Below are positions 12,500 to 27,100 of a DNA stretch of 64,000 bases, one piece after another (position 1 is the first letter of the stretch; the number at the start of each line of letters is the position of its first letter). Where the stretch lies: assembly GCA_965655095.1 (NCBI GenBank), contig OZ296658.1, positions 5,084,001 to 5,148,000 on the forward strand, read 5' to 3'. A model generated the notes under the pieces. That model saw only the letters and a list, made by a program, of their open reading frames with translations, did no database searches and was not told where the DNA came from. Position numbers and translations under genes: made by a program. The stretch is from Haplodiscus bocki. Its lineage: Eukaryota.

Positions 12500-15032
12500 A
12501 ATTCCGAGAAAACAGGTTGGTATTCTTAAAGAAGCAGCAAGTTTCCTAGTTTTGCAAAAAATTGGTTCGGATACCATCATCGGAAAAAGCAATTGAGGTT
12601 TTCTGCAACCCCATGGTCCAACTACCGACAAAAAACACGATCGTTCGTGAGGATCATTAATTCAAAGGTGTGGATTTGGCCGGAGCCTTCCAACCGCTGC
12701 AGATAGAAATGAAATCCAAAATTTCTGATAGTCGCAAGCGAAGTCAATTAATAATTTAGGTGGGCATTTGGCGACTAATACAATAACTAAGGCACTTTGA
12801 GTGAAAAAAAGTACTTCTGACCGCGTTAATGTACTTTCGTTGCAGAATTACCAGGGGATCCGCTCGTTCTATTCAGTATCAAACACAATTTCTCGAAGTG
12901 CTGCGTCTGCTATATCATTTGCATGGTCGTCCAACTAGAAAAAAAATTTTGATTGAAGCTTCCAATTCATGAAGCGTTTTCAAGATAGATAATCACTCAA
13001 CAGTAGAAGTGATATAAATGTAAGTGAACGACTTATGAAGTGTACATCACTTGGGTGTACAGGTTTGCATCTATACTGCACAAACTTTGATGTCATTGGG
13101 GAAACATATTATGCAAGCTCAGCTGAGTCATCCCGTCTTCATAGCTCCTGCCGAAGTTCATCAGGTAGTCCCGGGTCGTAGATGCCTTCCAGAAAAATAG
13201 TTTGTGAGTATTTAGAGGTTAGCTTAAAGGATTTGACGTTGCGTGATTTCATAAGTCTTTTTTACATGATCAGGCATTCTCTTCGTTTTTCGGAGGAACA
13301 AATTTAACAAAACATTGAACGGAAATTATGCCAGCTTTTGAACAATCGAACTTAACTTAAGTGAAGCAGATAGCAGCTTTCCAGGCTCGCCGAACAGCTG
13401 GTATTATTCCTCAGCTAGACTGATTATGACACGGTTCGTACAGTGCGTTTAAAACTCCTGAAATGTTGGTAGATAAAAATTCAGGCTCCGGGATAGGGTT
13501 TAACGGCAACAGATCGCTTCCTTCTTTACTTGGGAATCGGCAAGCATTTTGGATCTAACATGGGTGATTACCAAGCTAGCTAAAAAGAATTTGACTTTGT
13601 TTTAGCCTAATGGCATTAAGTCTTCGGAAACTGGTGGTGCAAAAATTTAGGATCCAAATGCTATTCGAATTGAGAAGCTTTTGCCCAACCCACGAAGTCG
13701 ACATCAATGCCATTTGTGAAAGTGTCTGAGGATAATACTGAGGATTTCTCGCCCAACAGCTTTACTGAGGAATTAGAAATTTGGTGAAATGAAGTAGCTG
13801 AACACAAAAGAGTAATAGTTACCCGAGTCTGATTTCAACCCGTGAGTTTTATTAGTGAGCAAAAAAAAGTAAGTCAACAACTTCTTCGCCTAATGTGATT
13901 TGAAACTTTCAGCAGAATATTGTCCTAAAAATGGCTCCATAGACAGATGGTTCCATTATCACAACAGGTTGATCTTTGTGACGGAATCTTCACAAGTTAC
14001 AACGGGTTCCATCTCCAGAATCTTTGAAGCGAGTCGTTCTCGAAGACTTTCCAGACGAGTGACAAAAAATTTGAGGCGTTTATTTTCAACTGTTTCTTCC
14101 GGACATTGCAGTTAACTTTCTTCTCAGATATTCCCGGTAAATAGCTCATAATGCCCAGCCAAAGATTTTCAAGTAGATATGCAGACGCTCTATCAATATT
14201 CGGAGTTTTTCAGAAACGCTATTATTTTCCCCCTCTATAATGCACAATCCAGCAGTGAATACTCAGTTTGAGACGAATCGCTATATCTAACGAAAATAAA
14301 ATCGTCTACTATAGCTACGTGGACAGTCACAAGTGTCTCCCGTTGCTATTCTTCAAATTACATAGCTATTAAACGGATTGTCATTTCATGAGAAATGTGG
14401 GCGATTCCGTAGGTTTTAGAAGATCTGTGAAGAGAGATCTTTAAGTGACTAAAAGTTGCCAGTCCAGCTGTTACAACTAAGCAGCTGTAGTTGACAGCAA
14501 AGAGCTTTAACCGTAAACGTTTACCATCATAAACATATCACATATACATGCTGCTACGCTTTCATCCGGGATGCAACATCATGAGCCACCATTGAGACAG
14601 TTACTATCAAAATGTTTAGGATACTTGGCACCCTGTGAAGCAGTAGTCGGGCTGCTTCCGTGAGTTTCTTCAGTGCCTTCGTTATCTAGTCTTAGCATTT
14701 CCGAAGCTTCTACAATCGATAAGAATCAACATCGCCCAATAATCGATAACAAGGCGATCGTTTTGCTGGTACGTTGAATCCTTGGTTCCGTTGAAAGCGT
14801 ACGCTATGATTTTAAGTGCATTTTGTCTGCTGTTAGTCGGGAAAAGAGCAGGAAACGTTCGAAAAAGAGCCCTATGCTTGTTATAAGCTATTTCATTCGT
14901 TTTGCGCCTTGTAGAGGTTATAGGATTATACCCGTTGTAAGCCTCCCATAAGTCAAGGACCCTCTCCGCTGTGAACACCCTGATCCCTATACTACTAAGG
15001 ATACTAGGCATTAGGTCCTCACAAATTAGCAT
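12500..15032 (-). pseudogene. Decayed coding region upstream of the gypsy pol: EGF-like domain, hydrophobic segment and Cys-containing env-like remnants
   Basis: ORF 14682-15032; EGF-like YPKHFDSNCLNGGS*CCIPDESVAACICD/YDGKR at 14514-14623; TCDC near 14325; QYRCKPV near 13060-13078. Confidence 0.45.
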
Positions 15033-15728
15033 AGTCCAAAGAAGCTAGCCAATTTTACGTAATTGGACTAATATAATTTTCGTATATAATAAGCTGATAC
15101 CATCATATGAATGGAAATGACAACTTTTAAAAAATGAAAACTTTTGCATCCAACCGAACGTGAACGAAATTAAGTAGACGTTCACTTGCAACACTCGGGA
15201 TCTCCCAGAAAAGAGCATAAACAGACTATTCTACCCGCGCCGAAACTCTCCGCCTGTCTGTTATTATGCTAGCACTTTTTACGAAGAAAGTATTAAACGC
15301 AAGACATGGAGCTATCGCTTCATGACTGAAAAAGAAGTTCGAAAGTAACAACAAGATGCGACTTCCAAAAAGGAAACTTCAAATGAACTTTGAAAACATA
15401 GGCACCGGATTTTGGGAGTCAAGGAAGCAAGGCATGAAGAGATTTGGAGCCAGAAAAGCGTATTTGAAAAACTTGGCGCTGATAAATATATGCATGCAAG
15501 AAATTTAGAATTGTTGATTATGGACTATCAGCATGTAAACTATTCAAATATTCACAATTTAAGTTTCCAGAACCAATATCTTTTTTTTGTATTACTGAGT
15601 TTTGTATTACAAATCAAATCAGTAGACAGATGAAAGAACTCAAAACTTTCTGTGAGTGAGAGTTGGATTTTTTCGAGAGACCGAAGTGGAAATGCGGCAC
15701 TCTGCGGCACAAGTTAATTGGTACTCAC

Positions 15729-15765
15729 GTAAAAGTCAAATCAGCCTCCAGCTCCAACTTCTCAT
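15729..15765 (-). CDS. Host coiled-coil gene, 37-nt micro-exon (phase 1 to 2)
   Basis: ttttag acceptor, gtgagt donor, DEKLELEADLTFT; phases fit both neighbouring exons. Confidence 0.7.
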
Positions 15766-18700
15766 CTAAAACACAGAACAAGTTTACACTTGCAATCAAC
15801 ATCATCATTTTTAATCGGAGAGTCATAGAATTTCTTCCAATAAAGAAAGGCTGAGGCTTTTGAATTTATCTCCGAGCTACTTTCTCGGTTTGTAGCCGTT
15901 AAAATTAAAACGAAAAGAAACAAACCGTGAACGGCCAAATTCGGCGCCGCACGTAAGGCATGAAATATCAATGAGGGTATGTTTTCTTGGAAAATGATGA
16001 CTTTCTCGACAAAAATTTGTCGCAACCATATTTTTTTCTCCCAAAAAGTTTGGTCCACAATGCCGAAAAATCAGTAGCGGCAATTTTAGGTACAATATTC
16101 ACTGCATTAGGAACTCATTGGTTCAAATGTTATTGGTATTGGCCTTTGCAAAAAAAATTGCCTTATGTAAGGGGTATCGCAAAAAAAACTTTCGAACCAA
16201 AGATCAGCAATCTTTTGTATATAAAAACGCTGTATTGATGTTTTTTGTACTCTTTGTACTCGTTAGTTGTACAACACCACTCTTCATTTGATAGAGCACG
16301 AAACACGAAATTGACTCTTCACTTTCGTCGATTACACGGTGAAAAAAAGTAACCACTGTAGAACCAACAACAGATTTTACAGAAAAATGCCGTAAAGACG
16401 AACATTTTGCCAAAAATTAACGCGGTAAAACAAGCCGGGAACGTGGCCGAGTAGGCAACGCCAGTAAGGCACAAAATATCCAAGGAGATCTGTTTTTTTT
16501 TTGGAAAATTAAGAATTTGCAACGTAAAATTCGGAACAATCAGAATTTTTTCTGTTAAAGGTTTGGTCTCACGGCGCCGAAAATTCAGTAGAGGGAAAGA
16601 ATTAGGAATAGAAATTGATAAGTAAACAAAATAAATTATGTCTAAAGTTTCATTCGCTAGCATGGCAACAAAAAACTTGACATAGTCAATTGCATTTCTC
16701 CAATATAGCTCCGGAAGACTTTCCAAATTTGTGAGGACGTGTCACCGAAATAGCCCCTGCTGGCACCAGAAAAAAAACATCAAAAACATTCATAGACTTT
16801 TTCGCTTTGAACACGTTTTGGTCGATTCACCAGTTCAAAACGTTTTTCGGATGCAAGTTTTATTTTAAAAAGATGGTGGGATATCTCTAAACCAGTTTAG
16901 TCAAAAGTCACTTCAAGCAACCTTAATCGCGTGCTCTCCAACAATGCCCGGAAAATTTACAAGAGGATTCTGTTTCCCGCCAAAAAGAACGAGACGTAGC
17001 TTTACCAGTGGTTTTGGCTGGGACAGGGTATTTTGTGATAATAATGCCCCCCACCAATGTGCGATTACCGAAAAAAGTCTTATGCTTGTCAATTTGACGA
17101 AACCTGCTACCGAAAGATGATGTGAAGATCTGGTTTGGAACACTCTGAAAGAAAATTATGTGGAAGCCACAATGAAGAAAATCATGAGAACTCTCTTAGA
17201 AGTGCGTAAGCCGGTAAAAATTCTCATCACTTCATTTTCCCGTTTAGTTTTGGCGACAATTCTAATCCGAACTGATGTGCGATAGTGTTGAGTTCTGAAA
17301 CAACCAGTTTTAACCCATCAAAAACTACGCACCTTTATTGTGAGTTTAGCCTGCAGTACCTGACTCCTAGACAAGAAGTTGTTTGAAGGGGAAAATAACG
17401 AGGAAAGAGGCATTTTCCTCGAATCAAACACAGAAAAAGACCATTTCTTGCAAAATGCCTGTCCTTTTATTGAAAACGCTAAATAGGTCCTTATTATAAC
17501 TTTTAGAAAAAGGAGGGGAAAGAGAAATTCTGGAAAATCGAGAAATTTCACAACGCTTGGCTTACTTTAAAGCCACTTCAATCAATAAGAAACTACAGAA
17601 AAAAACTGAAACTGCTGCCCTATTTTGTTAGATTACTGCTTTTATATTGTAAACTTTGGACTTGTAGCTCGAAAGTTCATGTGGAGAAAGTAAAAGTGAG
17701 AAAAAATGCGAGATTAGCTACTTCTGACGAACTGAGATTTTTTTGGCCAAATTTTCCAAAGAAGATGCTAAAATCTACAGTCTGTAGTTATTTATGATGA
17801 TTGTAAAGTGAAAAAGATAGTTGAGAAGTCACAAGAGCGAAAACTCTGAAAATAAAACGAAATTAGGTCGCTAAATTTTTTTAAAAAGCGAAATCTACAG
17901 CTTTTTTCGGCACGAATCGAAAAGAGTGAGCTGCCAGCTCAACAACTTTTCTCATCAATGTTCATCGTCGTCCTGCCAGTTAGCTTCGGAATAATACTGA
18001 GAACGATCAACAAAGAGCACTGATGAATTACCGAAGTCAAAAGAGCAGGTGGGTCAACTTCAAAGAAACTGACGGACAAAAGGGAAAAATTAGTTGAATA
18101 CAATGGCAAATTGCCAAAACTTAAATTACAAAGAGCCACAAGAAAGTGCACTGAATTAATTTCCGAGCAAAAAACAGCCAACCGCGACGAAACTAACCAA
18201 AAAGAATTCCGCGGTATATTAAATTTTTCCGAAAAGTCGCTTTATTAACAAAAAAAGTGTCAAGGTTTATTACAGAAAACAACCCAAGTCCAATCTCACA
18301 CCCTCAAAAACCACACAGAGGTTAAAATGTACCGTAAACTATAACGCATAAATAATTTTGGTCTCACCTCATTCCTCACTTTTTTCTATAGATGAGATAG
18401 GCCCAAACCATTCCTGATACCCCCTTGCATAAGCAGAACATTTTCCGGGAAAACTGGATAACTTTGCGTATACCAAGCACTCTTGAATTACCACCAATCT
18501 GCAAAAAACCATAATGCCTTGCTACCGATTTAGTACCTCCTGAATTACCAGCAACTTTGAATCTTTGACTCCGTCATGAATAACTTATTATTGGCAAAAT
18601 TTTGGACTATCCGTTTGAGAAGAGGGAAGATGTTTGACTGGGTCGCGGAAAAAGTTGTTTTATACAGGCAATTTTGAGTAAAAACTACACGATTGGTTAG

Positions 18701-19683
18701 GAAAAAACTGGTCAAAAGACGAAGCGGCAAAGAAATGGTACTCCAAAAACTTTTCTCGAGGATAATTCGAAACAGTTTCGAGATTTCCCTCAACTTCGTT
18801 CGCATTTGTTCATCTGTATCAGTTTTTCGGTCAGTATATAGTATGGATGTTCAGATGCAGCATATCCTCCGTCATATGGCTCGTACGGATTGTTGTGATA
18901 AACCGAGAATACACTACATAAAGTTCTACGACAGTGGTAGTAGTAAAAATTTTCCCATACTTACGCCGAGAATTTTTGAAGTTTACCGAGCAATGTCCAG
19001 TTTACCTGCCAAATTCCTAGAAAAATGTCTTTAGCTTACCGACTTAGAATACTTCTTACGTAAAATATTAAAATTTACGATTGGAAGGGAAGGTCCCGAA
19101 GTGTTGAAAAGGTGAACTTGGTGGGAAATTTTTAAGTAAGCGGTGAACGAAATTTGACTATGACTATGTAGAAGGTGAAAAACTATGACAAAAGTGTCAA
19201 CACTAGAGGCTCTACTTGCTTCGCTCGCTCGCCTCTAAAAACTCACACAGAAGGAAAATTCATTTCAGCAGTTGCAAAGGCGCACTTTTGAAGGCCAATA
19301 AAGAACACGCTTCATTTCAACGGCAAGTTTTCAATTTATTTTATAGAGCGGCAAACTCCTAATTTTTCTAGTTAAGTCTTCTGAACGAAAACGCTGCCGA
19401 TATTGGAAACACATGCATCGAGGCTGTTTAATTACTAAGTGAGACGTTTTGAGTTCGGAATCTCTTTTACACGAAGTTTTCATGATCTTTGTCGGTCAGT
19501 AATAGTTTTTTTTGGTCACTTGATGTTCTTTTTGCCGTTCGGTGAGTAATGTCAAACAGAAGAGAACAGTCAATTTGAGGGAACGCTTCTAACGCAGCAA
19601 ATAACAGAGCAGAACTTCTGCGCCATTAAGTGTTCAGAAAAAGACTGCACGTGCTGTGGAAGATCTATTTTCATTCTCCTCAC

Positions 19684-19744
19684 CTTTCAAAGAATTCAAT
19701 TCAGTTTGCAGCTCAGATCGCCTGCCAGCAAGGAAGTCGTGTGC
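19684..19744 (-). CDS. Host coiled-coil gene, 61-nt exon (phase 0 to 1)
   Basis: ttttag acceptor, gtgagg donor, AHDFLAGRRSELQTELNSLK. Confidence 0.7.
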
Positions 19745-20478
19745 CTAAAAAACTCATTTACTTTCCATCAAAAAGCAATGGTGTACCCTTGAGTTACTCC
19801 TAAGAGTGCTGTTTTTTGTAGGGTTGCAGTAACACCCGAGTGTTTTTCTTTGCTGGGACTCGGTCGCACTGCCCATTCCCAGTTGGAGCACTAAAAAAAT
19901 TTTGACGCGAAACCACTCAACGCGAAAAAAAATATTCGGTTGAGTTAAATAACAAGATTTTCCATGTTCCTGATAAAACTTCCAGGTCTGGTCCCAATAC
20001 TGTCAATCCCGGTTTACGAGTATAAACTGGTTACAAAATTAGGTATTTTCAAATCTTCCTCTTCATCAAATTTGAATAGACAACCCTTTTTTGTTGAATT
20101 ATCGTCAAGGAACCTAGAGATATGGTTGAAAATTAGAATCTGAACATTCTGTTTATTACTTGAGCTCAAAGATGCACGGTACCGAAAAAGAATAGAACGA
20201 GGGCCCTTTGCTGACATCTTTTCTAACCCCTTAGAGCGCACCGCTACTTTTAAGTAGTCGTGGCCAATCAAAGCTTTCAGTTCACAATGCTTTAAAGTTA
20301 AAACATAGGCATCAGGAAGGTATTCCGCGCTAAAAATTTATATTATTAAAAATTTGGAATTAGGCGAATTTAGCAAAAAAATCCTCATCGTTTCGAAAAA
20401 TTGCAGACTAGTTTTGCACGCCAAGTTGCAAAGTTTAGCTCGAAAGGAAGTCTGTTTCTGTTTTGAAGACACCTAAAC

Positions 20479-20731
20479 CTGTTTCAGTTCGCCAATTTTG
20501 TTGTTGAGCGCTTTTTCACGTTCGGCCCACGTATCAGTTTGCGCGGCCAAATACTTGGATCCCTCCTTCAGATGAGACAACAACTCTCGTTCCCGTTTCT
20601 CCCACGCCGCCTTCTTCGTCTCCAGCTCTCTCAGTCTCTTGTTCGTCTGATCAACTTCCAGAGACAGAATCTCCTGTTCCTTCTTCAAGTCGCGCTTCTC
20701 TATTTCCAACTTCTCAACTTGCATCAATTCC
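20479..20731 (-). CDS. Host coiled-coil gene, exon (phase 2 to 0)
   Basis: ttgcag acceptor, gtttag donor, 253 nt, ELMQVEKLEIEKRDLKKEQEILSLEVDQTNKRLRELE (ORF 20473-20727). Confidence 0.85.
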
Positions 20732-23700
20732 CTGCAAACACAACCAGGTTAGTTAAACGTGTGTTAAACATAACAATTAAACACAGCTTTAAACAACTCG
20801 ATGAAAAAATCACCTGTGGAAAACTGATGTCATTGTCCTTTCGATACCACTTCCGCTTCGATTTGGGCAAATTCTCACCAGCTTCCGCTGTTTTTTTCGC
20901 TACTTCTGTTTTTTTCTCCATATTATATGACCAACTTTCCACACTGATCAAATTTATGATTTTCAATTTGTTACCTGGTTTAGTGTGCATGAAAAGTTTT
21001 TTCGAACAGGCGTTCGTTTAATTACAATAAACACTTCTGAACTGAACACGGTATTTTGTTTTAATTAAATACGCGTTTTAATGTCGACAACTTGGATCAA
21101 AACATGAACATCTGACAATCGTGGAAACGTTTTCGCACTTGATACGAACAAAACTGGCCTCCTTAAAGCGATAAATTACTTTTTTCTGCCATTCTACCGC
21201 CTATAAGCAGATGCCTATGAGCAACCCACTTCTGCTTCTTTGCCGCTTTGTTACATATTGGCAAAATGGGAGTTTCCTACTGTTTTGTTATCGCGCAAAA
21301 AACTAGATTCAGAAGTTTGAGACACCGCAAATTAGTTTAGCGAAGCGGACACAATTTACTAGCGATGCCAACAAGTAGCGGCATTTTTTCCGCATGAAAC
21401 AAATATTTAGAAGGATTGAAGCTGCCGACATTGCCCTGAATTCTGAGCACCTCTAGGAATTGTAAGGTTATCGGTGTCTCTCCAGGCAACAGTAATGTTA
21501 AATCAAGTTTTTCAGCCGGAAAAAAAACCAGCGTTGAAATTAACCATTCCAGAACGATTTCAGCAAAAAGCAAAGAAAAATAAGGAGATGTGCCGATCAG
21601 TACTTCAAAGAACATAAGTCTTAAGGAATACATGAACGCATACTCGTGGTAAAACTACCAATTATGCCAAGGAAATTTGTAGTTTGGATAGCAACCGAGG
21701 TGCAAGGCGTATACATTAGACTCTAAATGCAGATATTCTCCATATTTTTGTTTATATCAACCAACAAACCTGTTGAGTTGTTTTTCGGTGTTTTCATAAG
21801 AACGCCGAGCAGCTTCATTCTCGTCAGACAGATCTATTATCTGCCTCTCTTGTATTGCCAGTTGCTCTTTCGACTTCTCTATAAACAAAAGAAAGGCATC
21901 CAACATGCTCGGGATTAAGTGTTAGAAAGTAGCAAACTAAACAAGCCAAAAATGGCCAGAGTCAACGCCGTCCGTATGGCTCAAAATACTTGTGGGAGGG
22001 AGTTGATTTTGATGTTTGAAAAAATATATGCATTGTTTTAATTTTTTTGGAATAAAGTATAAGAACATAGCTTATAGTTGAATTCGAACCCACTACCAGT
22101 CGATTCCTTAGACTTTAAAGGAGTTTACCACGAATTAATAATGAACAGACGGTCCAAAAGTTTTTCGGAAAATCGTATACTTTTGGTATACCCGGTATAA
22201 AATGTAAAACTTTTTTAACTGAAAGAAAACATAGTTGATGATGGGATTCGATTCGAACCTGCAACCTGTTGATTTGGTGAATTTTATAAAGGGGTATCAC
22301 GATAATTTTTCAGTTATTTCGTACATATTAATAAACCAGCGTAACAAGTATGAACGGCTATAGCCGTTAATTCTCTTTATATTTAAGCAAGCGTGGATGC
22401 TGGAAAATAGGCGCAGTGGAGAAAATTTTGCAAGAAAGCCAGAGCGCATGAACAAAATCTACGCACAAATGCGAGTTGTGAACGGATCGGGAAAAAAGAC
22501 CGTGTAATAACACTGGCTTGCGCGCAACTGTAATAAGTTTAGAAAAATCGCAATCAACCTAAAATGACTATTTTTTTCAAGAAACCAACATCACTTGCAT
22601 GTACAAAAAAAGTAGCCGGAATGAATGTATTAGAAATGAAGAGTGAAATATAATACAAATTTGGTCCACTTTTTGATAACATAAAAGAAATATTTTGAAT
22701 GATATATGTAAGGTTTGATAGTTTCTCCGTATTCTAGTACATGATTACAAAATCAGAACTTTCATGGCTTTCAATGGTTTTTTCAGTTCAAACTATGCGA
22801 ATGAAGCGGCACAGGAAATTTAGCAATTTTAGCGTATATGATTCAGGTTGATCTTGATAGTAAGTGCGGCAGGCCTCGTATTAAAATCTTTTCCTCCGGC
22901 TTCAATACTAAAAAGAGAAAGTAAGCAGATTTCAGACTGTTAATTTAAAAAAAAAGCGATTTTATTCGACAAATGTCAGAGAAACTTTGAATCCTTCGAG
23001 ACTCGAAAATTAACAGCAGTACTTTCAGAACTTGAAAGTGAATTGAATTATTTTAGTTCGTAATTATCATCCACCTTGAAAGTGGGTGGAAAAGAATGAA
23101 AACGTTTAGTAGCTAGGCAAAAACAGTAGAATGAACGACAATTACATCCGAGAAATCCCAAAATTTAGATCAGACAGACCATTTTCGCACCGTTTCCCTC
23201 TCTATCGCTTTATCCGTCATTCAGTACAGTTACCGAGCGTTTGAAATTTTAGAATTTGAAGCGAGAAAGAAGTAAAAAGAGTAAGTCTTAAGCCATCGCT
23301 TAATGCCTAACAACAAAACAAAGTACTTCCGCTCATTTCTTTAGGGTTGGCATGTTTAAACAGGGGGTGTTTTAACAGTGTAAAATTCTGCTTAATTTTT
23401 TTAATCAGATAAGATAATGCCGAATACAGAGCGGAAACAAGACGCAATTTGGGCTGAGTTGGAGAGAAGAGCTCCAAATAGAGCGAAGTACCGGTCTTCA
23501 GAGAAACTATGTTGAATTGGCTAACGCCTGGAAAACAATATTACTGGGAGCCGAAGGACGAGAATGGCCAGCAGCTGCTGAAACCAGGAATAGAAAATTT
23601 GTCACTCCAGCGTTCTTTGTTGCCTATCGGCTGAACCCAAAGAAGTACTGTGGGCCAGGACTCACAGAGTGCGAGTAAAACAGTTGTGTCGAGTAGATCC

Positions 23701-25899
23701 CGGAAGGATCCCGAGTAGTCTGAACGAGTACATGGAACTAATCAACGGTGGGAAAGAAAGAACGAAGCAGATGTTCGATATAGCTCTCCGGAAGTCCTAT
23801 TCCCCAATTTCTACAAATCGCAAAAGATACTTGGTACAATTCCAAAAAAAACTGTGCGAGCTAGCATTAATGTTATGCAATATAGTCCCATCTTCAGCCT
23901 GGCGCGGGGGGGGGGGGGTTTCTTTAGCTCTATACGCTTTATTCACTCCGAATTACAAAATCGAGTCTACAGCCAAAATCAACCTACATTTATCTTCAAT
24001 TTTTCAATGATAAATAATGTATATCTTGGATTTTGTACATTTGAAAACAAAAGGATGAATTAATTTTCCCAGCAAAAAAAACATATTTTAGGCACGTTTA
24101 AAATGTTTTGAATGTTCAAACCTTTTTTGAGACAAAAACACTTTTATGTCAACCCAGTATTCATTGTTCAACTCTCCCTCTCAAATCTATAGCAATCCAC
24201 GCTATCAAAAATGGACAAACTCAGTCCAATCAGCAAGAATACTAATTTATTTTGACACGGCCGGTGGAACGAGCAATAAAAAATCGTTCGCTTCTAATAA
24301 ATTCTCCCCAAATCTCTTGAAATCTCCGGATAACTTCTTACATTGCCCATATCTTGCTTATTTTTTTTTTCCAATTGAATAATTTGTTTTTTGAAGTTCA
24401 CAGCTGAATTTCAATTTATCCGACATCAAACATGGATGAATTTGACTTGGATGACTTTTAATCTTGAATGTGATGATCCGAAACTTTTATGCAGTTGTCA
24501 TTTTTATACCAACATAATCTGACATGTTATTTTTGAACGGTTAATGAAGATTGTGAGCTAAGATCACACATTTATGAACTGCCACGTGAAAAATGCACAC
24601 TTCTGGTTGTGAAAAAAAAGTTAAGCAATCGAACGTAACTTTTCATCATTTTTTGAAGTTGCTGTACTAGGCATGTAACAAATGCTAAAAACATGAAACG
24701 TGTAACTGAAGCATAATACTTATGTCTTGCTGAAGATTCTCAATTTCCTTCCTCAATGAAGAGTTCTCATCTTTCAAATCGTCGTTCTCCGAAACCAGGA
24801 GGTTGAACTTCTTCTGAAACAGCCAAAAGCAAAATATAGCTAAATTTAATTAATCAATTCTCAACAATCAAAATAACCTTGTATTTACTCATCGCACCGC
24901 TGTGAAGTAGAAGATCAAACTCCAAACTGGTTTGACATTTCAGAGAAACATCAACATTTTTATAAATGTCGCGTACTTCATCTTGTCGCAGAAACATCCG
25001 TGTACATTCCTTTATTATATGACGTTTACATTTCACTGAAAGCGAATGACGCAGAGAAGTTTTGCACCAAAATCTGTGGTTTGAAAACAACTATGAACAA
25101 CGATAGTTTCAATTTTCAAAACTTTTTGGATAAAAAACTAGAACATTTTGATACTATGCAATTTTTTGCAAGAGCCTTGATATATGCAAGAACTTGTATA
25201 TGTTTTGTCTTGTAAACATTTCGAAACCTAAAAATAGAAAATTAACCCAAAGAAAAAATCATTTTACTGCTGGAAGATTGCAAATTGCACACAAGAAGTC
25301 TCGCCGAAACTTGAGAAATTGGTAAGTTCACAGCAAAGAATTAATTGCCTTTCATACTAGACAAAGCCACGAAAAGTATGTGTTGACCGGAAGCCTCCAA
25401 AAATCGTGGCGAACCTTTTGTTTAAAAAAAAAAATACATTATGCCTACATACTCAAAATTCCTAGTTCCGTTTTTTGATCTCACAGTATCTCTGCCAATT
25501 CATGCAGGCTGAAAGTCCAACCGATGATGATGCAGTAGTTGAGACTTAAAGCTCCAAGACTTTTACATAGGTTCAAATCCCGTTCTCTCCAAATTTTGGC
25601 ATTTACAAATTTGACCGCCGAAGTGAAGAAAACGCTATAACATAATACGTAATTAAGGCAGTCAAATTAGATAGACTCTCTCAAGCGCCGTCGCACAAGT
25701 CAGTCGAGATGTCTAACATTTTGGAACCAGTTTCACCATCTCATGAGCGTAATTATTCAAAAGTCTGCAAACACAGCTGATAGCATTAAAGTGATTCACG
25801 AACATTTACCATGTATAAATCTCTTTTGCTTCTCCAATCGCTAAACATGTAATCACATGATTAACTTCATTAATTAATAATGTTTTCTTTTCCATGTTC

Positions 25900-27100
25900 G
25901 AATATCTTTTTATTCTTGCTAACACCTACCGCCTCTATATGCCTTTTAAACTTGCATTTTGTCACCATTCACGACGACACCCTGTTGCCATTATTTGTTC
26001 ATGTCGCAGCGGATGCTCTCACCTCCCAGCAACAACTTCCACAGCAACATTCTGAGACTTGAGCCACTTCACGTCAAAATAAAATCGATGCTACCCTCTT
26101 GTACTAGCCTAATGAGACTTTGATGAACTTAGATCAACCTTGGCTCCTTGGGATATCCCATTTCAATCCTAACGTTGAGCCTTAGACTCACTGAGGCTCA
26201 ATTAGCGATAATTCCGCTTTCAACAGTTTTTTGCGGCAACGTTTGGGATCTGGGATCGCAGTTTTGTGCAGTTGAAACACCCTCCTGCTTCTGTCAATCG
26301 TTGCTGACTCAACGTTGTTCACTTTGTTAAGTTGTAACATTTCGATATCGAGTACAGTATTTGCAATAACCTTAATTTTCTTCGTTGCATTATCCCAATT
26401 TTACTCTGTTGCATTCAATTCATTTCCATTGCCTACTTACTCCGCCTTCTTGCAGTGAATTCTCCAAAAAGTAATAACATGTTGCGCGATTCAATACATG
26501 TAGACCAAATCTGATATTTAACCCAACCAATTTTAATATTTGATACAATGAATTCTGATATTTAAAACGATATGCAATTCTATCTTCACTAGCACAAAAT
26601 AGGCTGAAAAAAGGGCACATAACGTAGACACTAAGGAGGTAAGGCATTAGGCACAAAGAATTAAGATGAAAATGAAAACATAGAATTGAAATTTAGCAAA
26701 AATTCCCATCACGCCGAAAAACTGCAGACTAATGATTGCTTTGAGAATTTCCGAGGACCCAATGGTCTAATGGTCAATTGCGACGCCTTATATAGTGCGC
26801 ATTTATTCGACACTCTGGAAATCAATGAAGTTTAGTTGCGATGAATGACCACTATTTTGAAAAGCGGGAAACAGGATGCGAATTAATGTGACTGAAACGG
26901 TTGACTCAAATCTCAACAACTGATTCAAGCTTACGCCGGTCCTTGGTCCGTCTGCTTACCACTAATAAAGCAGGATTCTAGATTTTGAAAGGACTGTATC
27001 TTTTGCTGATGCGAAATAGCTCCACTAGATAGCTATTTCCTAACTTTGAGAATGTCTTTCTTCAAAATCTTCTTCGAACTGGACAATCATGGTGATTTCA
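25900..27100 (-). mobile_element. Possible decayed retrotransposon gag relic
   Basis: Minus-strand CFNC zinc-knuckle-like remnant near 26270 and a second Cys-rich patch near 26040; frames are badly broken. Confidence 0.25.

Noticed and set aside
7300-15700. LTR pair, PBS and TSD for the gypsy relic
   Set aside because: None could be identified by eye, so the element boundaries remain unassigned.
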